From: an uncultured delta proteobacterium
GTDB lineage: Bacteria > Desulfobacterota > Desulfobacteria > Desulfobacterales > QNYZ01
DNA: 64,000 nucleotides
NCBI GenBank assembly: GCA_963845145.1
Contig: CAWJQU010000013.1
Location: forward strand, 128,001 to 192,000
Reading direction: 5' to 3'
Made by a program: the position numbers and the translations under genes. The notes beneath the pieces are model-generated. The model was not told where the DNA came from and searched no databases. It saw nothing but the letters and a program-made list of their open reading frames with translations. This document shows, in pieces, positions 39,359-48,129 of the stretch (position 1 is the first letter of the stretch; every line of letters begins with the position of its first letter).

Positions 39359-40145
39359 CGATGTGCGCGTGCTGAAGGGTCTGTCTCTACTGTTAAATCA
39401 AAAATATCTTGTAAGTGAGGCCGCCGATGGAATACAGGCAATCAAAAAAGCCACGGAAGAAGAATTTTATTGCGTTGTGCTGGATGTAAAAATGCAGGGA
39501 ATTAACGGGTTTGAGGTTTTTAAAAAAATAAAAGATATAAACAGGGACACGCCGATTATTTTTTATACAGCCTATCATGACGAACACGACCTAACTGAAA
39601 TTATTAACACCTATAGGCCGTATGGTTACGTCGAAAAAGGGGTTTCAGCGACGATATTAAAAAATTTAGTTGAAAGTGCCGTTAAAACTTATCAGGTGTA
39701 TTTAGAGAGAGAATCCCAAAAAGAAGAGTTAGAGGAGACGAACACCGCCCTCAGGGTGTTATTAAAAAATATTGAGAAAGAGAAAAATGAAATCGTCGGA
39801 GATATAAACAATAATCTGAAAAAACTTGTTTTACCGTATTTACATGATGCCGTTGCCATGACGAAGAGTGAAAAAATCCGAGAAAACATTAATATCGCCG
39901 AGGATAATATTAGAAGAGCGGTTGTTCCCTTTCTTGGGCGTTCGGCAAAACTGTATTCACTTTCGCCAAAAGAATTAAAGGTCGCAAATTTGATTAAAAG
40001 TCAAAAAAGCTCGAAAGAGATAGCCGATATTATGTTTATCAGTATTAAAACCGTTGAGTTTCATCGTCGTAATTTAAGGCACAAGTTAGAAATAAAAAAC
40101 AAAAAAACAAACCTTCGCGCCTACTTGGCCACGACAGACCTATAA
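39324..40145 (+). CDS. Response regulator, REC plus coiled coil plus LuxR HTH
   Basis: LVVDDD, VLDVKM, FYTAY, YVEK; LSPKELKVANLI...SKEIA...KTVEFHRRNLRHKL. Overlaps the kinase stop. Confidence 0.9.
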   Translation: MSRQLPILVVDDDVRVLKGLSLLLNQKYLVSEAADGIQAIKKATEEEFYCVVLDVKMQGINGFEVFKKIKDINRDTPIIFYTAYHDEHDLTEIINTYRPYGYVEKGVSATILKNLVESAVKTYQVYLERESQKEELEETNTALRVLLKNIEKEKNEIVGDINNNLKKLVLPYLHDAVAMTKSEKIRENINIAEDNIRRAVVPFLGRSAKLYSLSPKELKVANLIKSQKSSKEIADIMFISIKTVEFHRRNLRHKLEIKNKKTNLRAYLATTDL

Positions 40146-40148
40146 AAC

Positions 40149-40195
40149 AACCCCAGGTATAACCCCGACAATTCCCTGACAATCTTTTAGGGTAT
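40149..40195. promoter_or_regulatory. Phased direct repeats, candidate binding array for the LuxR-type regulator
   Basis: AACCCCAGGTAT / AACCCCGACAAT / TCCCTGACAAT at an 11-12 bp period, immediately after the regulator stop. Confidence 0.35.
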
Positions 40196-40323
40196 ACAAG
40201 GCAAGTAATCTCAACTATTTATACCAAATCAAAAAAAACATTTTTTTGTTTTTTTTGAAATCGTTTACGCAAAAGCGAACTGTTTTATCGAGGTAAGGGA
40301 GTACCCATTTGCTCTCCTATTTT

Positions 40324-40620
40324 AAAAAGAGCGGAATCCACACGGTAACCATGTAGCTCATCAGTTTTAGTGCTACAGGAATTTGCAAGAATCTACCATC
40401 AGGAGATTTCTTGTGTTTTTTAAATCCGCGTGGATGTGGCCGGTTGTTGCAACAACTACCACTCAGGAATAAGTCACCCGATCTCAATGTTGATCAGAGT
40501 ACAAGACCCTGCTGTTTTGCCCAACGAAGTTAAGCTTGATCTGAACGGATGTTTCGTCGTTGAGGGGAGATCGGGTGACTTATCTTAAGCGCCGGTGGCA
40601 ACGTGCCGGTTAACGCTTCC
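40324..40620 (-). ncRNA. Candidate structured non-coding RNA of unrecognised family
   Basis: No long ORF. Nearly continuous stems, including a perfect 17-bp IR (40469-40485 / 40567-40583). Most stem mismatches are G.U pairs on the minus strand. Confidence 0.45.
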
Positions 40621-40684
40621 ATGCGAATAAAAATCAAGTAACGCTATATACTTTTTTTGTCTGGGGATGTGAGGAATACATCAA

Positions 40685-40921
40685 ATGGATAGCCATGAGA
40701 AATACCCTTGGGAGATGGATAATGTTGGTCATCAGTGTTTTAGCTGTAGAAAATATAATTTCAGAGATAGGTACGGGACCGGGCCGTTGTCCTGTATCGT
40801 TTATCCCCGGGGAATGAGTTATGATAAAATTATCAATAAAGAAGCATGTGATGATTTTGAGGAGAATCATGAGCCCTTCAGTATGACTATCCCGCTATAC
40901 CAGCCGCATCATAAGCGGTAG
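40685..40921 (+). CDS. Small Cys-rich (putative metal-binding) hypothetical protein
   Basis: 78 aa with CFSC...SCIVYPRG...AC and RBS GAGGA at 40671. The 3' end overlaps the convergent TraB-family gene by 27 bp. Confidence 0.55.
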   Translation: MDSHEKYPWEMDNVGHQCFSCRKYNFRDRYGTGPLSCIVYPRGMSYDKIINKEACDDFEENHEPFSMTIPLYQPHHKR

Positions 40922-42040
40922 GGCCACAAAAGTTCCCAGGGAACTGCCCAAATTGGTAAAAACCACTACCAGTAAGATGCGGGTCACCTTATTACGCCAA
41001 AAACCCCTGACGGAAAGGATATCGGTCTGCAGGCTCTCCATATCTTTGACTCTTGGTTTACGCGAGGCCGCCTCGACCAGACCGGAAACCCATCCGGCGG
41101 CAATCAGCGGATTAAGCGACGTTAGCGGGGCGGCCAATACGGAAGAGATTATTGTCAGAGGATGCCCCAGGGCCAACAGGGCGCCCAAACCGGCCAAGGT
41201 GCCATTGGCCAATATCCACCAGATGAGCATGTGTTTACCGGTATCGAACCCGCCCTGGAAGAACCCGAATATAAACACACCGATGATTAGTATAGGAATC
41301 AACCACTTAAGGATATGAACCGATTTGCGTGCCGGAGGAATGGTATTCAGTGCTGTCAGATCTATCTTTTTATCCCAATATTTTTTAATCCCCGCCACAT
41401 GGCCGGCACCCACCACCGCCACAATTTTTTCGCCAGGGGCTTCACGGATGCGTTGCGCCAGGTACTGATCGCGTTCGTCGATGATGATGCGGCTAACCAC
41501 GGGAAACGATTTTCCAATATCGGCCATTACCGCTGTGAGTACATCCTGCTCTTTCATTTTCTCAACGTCTTCAGCACTGATTTCATCACTTTCGCCGAAG
41601 GAGAGGACGATTTGAAAAAGCAATTTTAGTTTATCCCATAACCCCATGGCCCGGAAGGTTCGAGAGAGCGTCACGCGAACATCTCGATCCGCCAGATGAA
41701 TTTGGGCATTGACCCGATCGGCCGCCTCAATGGCCCGAATCATCTCTTCACCCGGCTTGATGTCGAGTTTATGGGCGATCCGTTTTTGAAACGAGGCCAA
41801 TAAAAGGTGAGAGAGTAGTAGAAAGGCTTTTTTCTCTTTAATTACCTTAACGATATCAGTATTGCGCCATTGGTCCCGACTTTTTAGGGATTGGTAGCGG
41901 GATTCGCAAAGCTCGACACACACCGTATCGGGTTTTTCTTCATCAATCACCTTCTCCACCAGCGCCACGCTCTCTTTAGAGACATGGGCCGTTCCGATCA
42001 GGGTGATTTCCTTGTTTGCCGTCTTCAGTTGATGGATCAT
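40895..42040 (-). CDS. TraB/PrgY-family protein
   Basis: LIGTAHVS, VCVELC..R, PGEEM, DERD, VVGAGH and a C-terminal membrane region. Confidence 0.9.
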   Translation of the reverse strand: MIHQLKTANKEITLIGTAHVSKESVALVEKVIDEEKPDTVCVELCESRYQSLKSRDQWRNTDIVKVIKEKKAFLLLSHLLLASFQKRIAHKLDIKPGEEMIRAIEAADRVNAQIHLADRDVRVTLSRTFRAMGLWDKLKLLFQIVLSFGESDEISAEDVEKMKEQDVLTAVMADIGKSFPVVSRIIIDERDQYLAQRIREAPGEKIVAVVGAGHVAGIKKYWDKKIDLTALNTIPPARKSVHILKWLIPILIIGVFIFGFFQGGFDTGKHMLIWWILANGTLAGLGALLALGHPLTIISSVLAAPLTSLNPLIAAGWVSGLVEAASRKPRVKDMESLQTDILSVRGFWRNKVTRILLVVVFTNLGSSLGTFVALPLMMRLV

Positions 42041-42150
42041 TTTTTCACTATAGGCGCAGTTGTTTGTCCAACGCAATGATAAAGCGTTAAGATGGCCATT
42101 AATACGGTGAAGTCAACCGATCGGCAAGCGTCAAAATTGTCGTCAATAAT

Positions 42151-42627
42151 TTACTTGGATAGGGCCCATTTTTTTCTAAAAATGAGCGTGAAGACGAATA
42201 GGCCCAAAAAGAGCATGGCAAACCCCAGGTGGCCCAGGTTGATGATGTGGACGACTCCCGATGTGAAAAACGAACCGGGAAGGTTTTTAATGGTGAAAAA
42301 TACCCCGGTGATCACGATACCGGTCATCAGCGATGACCCCACATAACCGACACCGGTCATGCGGCGATGGCTTCGCTGGGATAGAAAGTGGTCTAATACG
42401 ACATAAGCAATCAAGGCCAATAATACCGCCGCCCCGACATAATGTATATAACGGGTGATATAAAAATCTGCCAACCAGGTCATACCCGGAATGTCGGCCA
42501 GGTAATACCGTTTGTAAATAGGCATTTGGCCGAAACCGGTCAGTGCCATGGTTAGCAACGTCACAACAAATAGGGGGTATAAAAATTTTCTCTTGGCCGG
42601 TTTATTCATATGGGTCAGCTGGGTCAT
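42151..42627 (-). CDS. Small 4-TM membrane subunit, cytochrome b/FdnI-like
   Basis: TGFGQMPIYKRYY, His in TM helices (YIHY, LGHL). Translationally coupled (ATGA) to the FeS subunit. Confidence 0.6.
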   Translation of the reverse strand: MTQLTHMNKPAKRKFLYPLFVVTLLTMALTGFGQMPIYKRYYLADIPGMTWLADFYITRYIHYVGAAVLLALIAYVVLDHFLSQRSHRRMTGVGYVGSSLMTGIVITGVFFTIKNLPGSFFTSGVVHIINLGHLGFAMLFLGLFVFTLIFRKKWALSK

Positions 42628-43592
42628 TTTTTCTCCAAAGGGGTCGCGGTTTTTGAATATTTATAAAATTTCCCAATTGCGGCGGCAATACCGGCTACTG
42701 GGGCCAAAGCCATGGCGGTGACCAGGTTGTTCGCTTCTTGCATCTTATCCGCCACCGGTTTAAGGGGCGGGCGGCCTTTGCCGGTATTCAGGGCTTGATT
42801 GATGGTTTCAAAGGGTACCGGGGAGACATAAATCGTGTTGGTCCCGCCGTTTTCGGTTTCACCGTAAATAAATCCGTCCATTTCATCTGCCAATTTGTGG
42901 GCGGCCGCTATAATGTCATCACGGGGACCGATGGTCTGGACACCCTCGGGACACGATTCGATGCAGGCGGGCAGTTCGCCATCGGCGATACGGTTGTAAC
43001 AGCGGTCGCATTTGTACATGACCCCATTGCCGGCAAATTGGGGCAGGATATCGAGATATATGCCGACACCGGTCTGTCGTTGGGGAATATGCCAGGGACA
43101 GACGGAGCGGCACTTCGAACCGCCTAAGCAAATATCGGAATCGATTCGGGAAATGCCGTTGGTTTCCTGTTTGGCGGCACCAAAAGGACAAAGTTTGACG
43201 CAGGGCGGATTGACGCAATGCATACAGCGCCGTGGAATGGTTAACTCATATTCCTCGCCTTTATAAGTGACGTCAGCCGTTTGAATAAAAAGCCAGTTAT
43301 ACGGGGTCAGTCGATCCGTTACGTCTTGTTTTTCGGACCAGTCGGATACTTTGACGCGTGGCGGGAACATCTTCGGAAAGGGCTTTTCCGGGTTTGGATA
43401 TTTATCCCCATTGGCCTCGCTGCAAGCCCCTACACACTCCTCACAGCCTATGCATCGACTGATATCGATTAGTGTTGCCAATTGGCCTTGGCCGTCGCTT
43501 TGCGCGGCTTTGGCAACGGGTGCCGAAGCGGTCAGGGCGGCTGCCGCAAGGCCACCTTTTAAAAACGCTCGCCGGGAAATTTGAGAAGTCAT
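42624..43592 (-). CDS. Tat-exported multi-4Fe-4S protein (HybA/FdnH-like)
   Basis: SRRAFLK Tat motif; CIGCEECVGAC, CMHCVNPPCVKLCP, CLGGSKCRSVCP, KCDRC...PACIESCP; C-terminal anchor. Confidence 0.85.
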   Translation of the reverse strand: MTSQISRRAFLKGGLAAAALTASAPVAKAAQSDGQGQLATLIDISRCIGCEECVGACSEANGDKYPNPEKPFPKMFPPRVKVSDWSEKQDVTDRLTPYNWLFIQTADVTYKGEEYELTIPRRCMHCVNPPCVKLCPFGAAKQETNGISRIDSDICLGGSKCRSVCPWHIPQRQTGVGIYLDILPQFAGNGVMYKCDRCYNRIADGELPACIESCPEGVQTIGPRDDIIAAAHKLADEMDGFIYGETENGGTNTIYVSPVPFETINQALNTGKGRPPLKPVADKMQEANNLVTAMALAPVAGIAAAIGKFYKYSKTATPLEKK

Positions 43593-43705
43593 TTTTTACA
43601 TTTACCTCAATTGTGGTTGTCGGAGACCTTAAGTATTCTATTCTATGGAGACAAATCGGGGGGGAAGGTTACACAATTATTAAAATTAACCGACGGCCTG
43701 ATACC

Positions 43706-46700
43706 CTAATGGCGAAGGTTACCGGGCCCCACGACCAACATGCGTTCATGCAGGCGCCGCGCTTGAATGCAGAACGTTTCCAATTTGGCGTTGATGAGTT
43801 GGGGAAAAGGCGAGCCGTCAGATTCGATGGCTAAAAAGGGCAGATCGTCCAGATCGGCCAGTACGGCCTGGAGATTTTCATTTTTCGGATCGGTTGCGAG
43901 TTTTCCGGATCGTGTCATCACTTCATTTAGGACGGCCTCGGAGAGGCGATTGGGCATACAGCCGAAGGGACCAATGGCTATGACCCCACAGGTGTGGGTG
44001 GCGATTTCCCCGAGCGAAGCCCCGATGGTCAATATCGCCTCCCCGGCCAGATCGGGAGAAATATAGGGCCGTGCCGTATCAATGATGTTTTGAATATCGA
44101 TCGGCTTGGCGTGAACCAGGCGGCTGCGGTTCATGGTATTTTTGATCTGCTTTTCGTAGCGTACCATGAAATTCTGGCGGAGCAGAAAGCGCAATAGCTC
44201 CATCCCCTTAAGGGTATGATCGGAATACCCTTTTTGGGCACAATAATCCGTGTAGCGCACCCATTCGGCGATGGGCGTGCAGGTGGTTGCGAACCCCTGT
44301 ACCGCAAGGGTATCGGTAATATTTTGACGGGACAGGTCGTCCCGGCGCACAAATATTTCCCCGGTGAGGGCGATGACGGGGACTTCTTCCACCGGACGCT
44401 TTAAAGCCACTTCATTAAAATGCCGGTTGCTTTGATCCAGCTGGTTATTCAGGCGCTTAAAATCTCCCCCCGCCAGGGCTTCGCGGATGCGATCCCATTC
44501 CCGTTCAAATATCGTGAGGGCGTAATCCGGCTGTTGAGCGTTGGCTAACAACATGGACCGTATATCTTCCATCACATCCGAAACAATGACGGCAAACCAG
44601 CCCCACTTTTCAAAATTGCTGGACATGCCCATATAGGAGTTCTCGGCCGATAAAGAGAGAATGGCCACATCGGGAATTTCCAAACGCTGAACCAGGTCTT
44701 CCATAAATATATAGTATTGGCCGAAGCGACAGGGCCCGGACCCGGTGGGCATAAAGTAAACCAGGACTTCATCGGGTTTTTTTTCGGTTTGAATATAGTT
44801 TAAGAGCGTCCCCGTAGTGAGAATTAACGGCAGGCATTCTTTACAGCTGGTATTGGCCCGTCCCAATTTAAGGACGGCTTCATTCGAAGGGGCGTGGGCT
44901 TTGGCGTGGTATCCCAACCCGTTGAACACGGGTATGATTGCTTCCGACGATAAACGGCCCATGGATGGCACCAGCAGGGTGACCCGCGGATCGGTAAGGG
45001 GTAAATGTTCCCCGGCAGAGGTGATCACGTGGGGGCGCGCTTTTTCCAAACTTGTTTTTGCCGGCACAAAAGTGCTGGGTCGATGGGTTGTCTGTTTTTC
45101 GGTTTCTAACTGACGGTAGGCGGTGACAATATCGAGAAACGCTTCGATGCGGGTTTCCAGGCCGGCATCGGCGGTATGGCTGTCGAGTTCCAAGGTCAGT
45201 GAGGGTTTGCGACCCATTTGGGATCGAAAGTAGCCGATGACAAAGGAATCCGGTCCGCAGGAAAAATTGGTGATGTAGGTGCCGAACAATTGCCGATGTT
45301 GTTTGACGACTTTAGCGGCCATTAAAATCATTTGGCCCATCCCCCAATACATATGTCTTCGTCCGGTTTCATTTTGAAAATCCATGAAATCCAGTGGAAT
45401 GACCTTGACCCCCCGGGATGCAAATTTGTGGGGAATTCCCATATGGGCTTCTTCCGAGAAGGCATTGTATGGCCGGCCAAAGAGCACCACCGCCATCTGT
45501 TCGGGATGTTCAGCCAAATCTGCCAGCGCCATTTTCCCCATCATTTTCATCTCAGCATGGCAGGCGTTTTGCCGGGCCGTGGCTTTGGAAAATGCTTTTT
45601 TGGCTTCGCGTCGGCGGATACCCATTTCCCGGGCAGTATCAATAAATGGCTTTTCCGCGGCAGACAGCCCAGCGGTTACATCCAGCATGGGGGCGAGGAT
45701 TTTCATTCCCCGGTCTGTCAGCTTGTCGATTTGTTCTCTGAAAGCGGTGCGTAAGTAAAAGGGTTCGCCTTGCACCAGTGGGCATAGTTGAGAGCTGGAG
45801 CTGCCATTTTGAATCGGTATTGCCTTGAAATGGGGCAAAAACAGATAATCCGGGCGGGACGGGTTGTTTAGTAGGGAGTAAAAAAAGCCATGGGCCAGTT
45901 CCACCGGGTAGCAAAAAGGGGCATTTCGTTGGTCAATCCCTTCCTGGGCAGGCTTATCAGAAAGGATCAGGTCGAATCCCAGTTCGTTAAAAAAGGTTGA
46001 ATAAAGCGGGTAATACGTATTCACCAAAAAACTGCGGTTGATCGCCACCGTCGGTCGGTCGCCCGGAGTGGTGACAGCGGCGACACCGTATTTTTCAAAA
46101 ATGAAGTGTTGGCGTAGCCGGACCAGGTCGAGCTTACCGATATCATAGCGGACATTGTTTCGCAGGTTATAATACCGGTTGCAGGCTCCGCCGAACGGGT
46201 ACTTTTCCCCGTCCATATGGATGGTGGCGATTAAACAGCGCCGATCGCATTTTTCTTTGCCCCCGCGACAGGTAAAGGACTTGCCGTATGCCACGCGACG
46301 TTCAATCAATGTGGCGAGGTCAAACCGTTGGCGGGCCATTAACCCGGCCGCTATCCGTGTTTTGACTTCCAGAGCCACGCCAAAAGCCCCCATTAGTCCC
46401 GGTTCCGGCGGAACGACGATCGGTTTTCCCAATAAAGAGGCCATGGCCATGGGCACCGCGCGGTTGTAACAAACCCCTCCCTGCATGAACACTTTTTCCC
46501 CTACCGGCCGGTTACCTTTGACGCGGTTGGAATAGTTCATGCAAATTGAATAGACCAAGCCGGCCACGATATCTTCGTGGGCAACCCCGTCATGGATGGC
46601 GTTTTTGATGTCCGAGGAGATAAACGCAGCACATTGATCGTTAAAATTGGGCGGATACTTTCCGGCAAGGGCCACCTCGGCGATATTTTCCATCTTTACG

Positions 46701-48109
46701 CCAAGGGTTTCCAGGGCCGATTCTTCGAGAAATGAGCCGGTTCCGGCCGAACACGCCTCGTTCATGGCGTAATCGGAAGCGACCCCATTGGTGATATAGG
46801 TGTATTTGGCATCCTGGCCGCCGATTTCAAAAATAGTGTCCACCTGCGCATCAAAGTAGACGGCGGCAGCTGCATGGGCAATGATCTCGTTGATCACGCC
46901 ATCGGTAAGCGCATGTAATCCGGCGATTTGACGCCCGCTGCCGCACACCCCCAGACCGAATATCTCGATGTCGGCGGCATCGATTTCTCTTTCAACCGCC
47001 TCTAAAATCGCCTGGTAACAGCGTTGCGACGCGCCCACCGGATCGCCATTGGTCCGCAGGTAAACCGAGGCAAGGATGGCATCGTCGGTGGCACGCAGCA
47101 ATACGGCCTTGGTCGTGGTGGAGCCTACGTCCAGTCCAAGAATGCACCGGTCCCCCGCTTGAGCCCGGTCTTGGGCGATGGATTTAAATTCCACCTGTGG
47201 GGCAAATTCCATAAGCGGTGAAAGTGTGTCAAACGTTTTTTGTTCATCCAGAAAGAGTTCGTTTAAATCCGTTAGCTGACGGGTATCGTTTTTTAAGGCC
47301 CAGAGCCCGGCGCCCATTGCCTCGAAGTAGGGGGCCTGTTCCGGGACGATGAGATCGGAGATTTCCTGCCTGAGGTAAGCCATCATCATTTTATTTTGTG
47401 CCGTACCCCCGGTGACCATGATGTTTTTTCTGTTAACTTTTTTTAGCAATTCAAGGATCTTGTTGGCCATCATGCGGCAAAGGCCTGCGGTGACCGTCTC
47501 CCGGGGGATACCCTTGTTGGTGGCGTGCGTGCAATCGGATTTGCAAAAAACCGAACAGCGGCCCGAGACCTTGTAGGGTTCCTGGGTGGATGACCATTTG
47601 GCGGCCTCTTCCAAGGAAACATTCATGCGGCGTATTTGTTGAAGGAAAAATTCGCCGGTACCGGAGGCGCATTTGTTGCCGGTTTGAACACCGCTGATTT
47701 GGCCCTTCCCATTTAAAACATAAACCATGAACGTTTCACCACCGGCCGACACAACGGCCGGGCAGTCGGTATCGTCCGGCTTGGCGTAGGCATAGGCCAG
47801 TTCTACGGCTTCGGGTTCGGGCAGGGTGGAGAGATTAAGAACCTTCCGAAAGCGGCGGCCTGTCGCGGCAATTTGATCGAAAGTGGCCAGGTCTAATGAG
47901 GCTAACGCCTTAAGCAGGGTCTGCTTGGGATTGCCGTCATGGGGATAAAGGGCATGACTGACCACATGGGGTCGATTCAATGGATTTGGCGCGGCAGAAC
48001 TGGTTTGCGTCAGGTGGACGATGGAGACGGTCGATGCCCCGACGCAAATTCCCAGCGCATTAAGCGGACGTTCATTCGAATTCGGATGAGGTGAGGTATT
48101 GCTGGCCAT
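43706..48109 (-). CDS. Fused acyl-CoA dehydratase activase (2x BadF/BadG/BcrA/BcrD plus DUF2229-like)
   Basis: NKCASGTG/CSVF and GLDVGSTTTK/MNEACSAGTG/CAAF ASKHA modules, followed by CYP, CP, FSCGPD, CLP, GPCRFG, PFGCMP motifs. Confidence 0.85.
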   Translation of the reverse strand: MASNTSPHPNSNERPLNALGICVGASTVSIVHLTQTSSAAPNPLNRPHVVSHALYPHDGNPKQTLLKALASLDLATFDQIAATGRRFRKVLNLSTLPEPEAVELAYAYAKPDDTDCPAVVSAGGETFMVYVLNGKGQISGVQTGNKCASGTGEFFLQQIRRMNVSLEEAAKWSSTQEPYKVSGRCSVFCKSDCTHATNKGIPRETVTAGLCRMMANKILELLKKVNRKNIMVTGGTAQNKMMMAYLRQEISDLIVPEQAPYFEAMGAGLWALKNDTRQLTDLNELFLDEQKTFDTLSPLMEFAPQVEFKSIAQDRAQAGDRCILGLDVGSTTTKAVLLRATDDAILASVYLRTNGDPVGASQRCYQAILEAVEREIDAADIEIFGLGVCGSGRQIAGLHALTDGVINEIIAHAAAAVYFDAQVDTIFEIGGQDAKYTYITNGVASDYAMNEACSAGTGSFLEESALETLGVKMENIAEVALAGKYPPNFNDQCAAFISSDIKNAIHDGVAHEDIVAGLVYSICMNYSNRVKGNRPVGEKVFMQGGVCYNRAVPMAMASLLGKPIVVPPEPGLMGAFGVALEVKTRIAAGLMARQRFDLATLIERRVAYGKSFTCRGGKEKCDRRCLIATIHMDGEKYPFGGACNRYYNLRNNVRYDIGKLDLVRLRQHFIFEKYGVAAVTTPGDRPTVAINRSFLVNTYYPLYSTFFNELGFDLILSDKPAQEGIDQRNAPFCYPVELAHGFFYSLLNNPSRPDYLFLPHFKAIPIQNGSSSSQLCPLVQGEPFYLRTAFREQIDKLTDRGMKILAPMLDVTAGLSAAEKPFIDTAREMGIRRREAKKAFSKATARQNACHAEMKMMGKMALADLAEHPEQMAVVLFGRPYNAFSEEAHMGIPHKFASRGVKVIPLDFMDFQNETGRRHMYWGMGQMILMAAKVVKQHRQLFGTYITNFSCGPDSFVIGYFRSQMGRKPSLTLELDSHTADAGLETRIEAFLDIVTAYRQLETEKQTTHRPSTFVPAKTSLEKARPHVITSAGEHLPLTDPRVTLLVPSMGRLSSEAIIPVFNGLGYHAKAHAPSNEAVLKLGRANTSCKECLPLILTTGTLLNYIQTEKKPDEVLVYFMPTGSGPCRFGQYYIFMEDLVQRLEIPDVAILSLSAENSYMGMSSNFEKWGWFAVIVSDVMEDIRSMLLANAQQPDYALTIFEREWDRIREALAGGDFKRLNNQLDQSNRHFNEVALKRPVEEVPVIALTGEIFVRRDDLSRQNITDTLAVQGFATTCTPIAEWVRYTDYCAQKGYSDHTLKGMELLRFLLRQNFMVRYEKQIKNTMNRSRLVHAKPIDIQNIIDTARPYISPDLAGEAILTIGASLGEIATHTCGVIAIGPFGCMPNRLSEAVLNEVMTRSGKLATDPKNENLQAVLADLDDLPFLAIESDGSPFPQLINAKLETFCIQARRLHERMLVVGPGNLRH

Positions 48110-48129
48110 TTGTATATGATTTACACGAT

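Noticed and set aside
40350..40380. CTGATGAG on the minus strand as a hammerhead ribozyme core
   Set aside because: No correctly placed GAAA or stems I/III; the motif lies in a simple hairpin loop.
40330..40570. CsrB/RsmY-like sRNA based on several CAGGA/GGA motifs next to a two-component system
   Set aside because: Few motifs, mostly not in hairpin loops, and wobble pairs favour the opposite strand. Not excluded, but unsupported.
40469..40583. Retron msr-msd (a1/a2 inverted repeats)
   Set aside because: No reverse transcriptase in the window and no long msd hairpin.
37336..40894. att sites or integrase bounding the AT-rich insert
   Set aside because: No convincing direct repeat at the two junctions and no recombinase gene.
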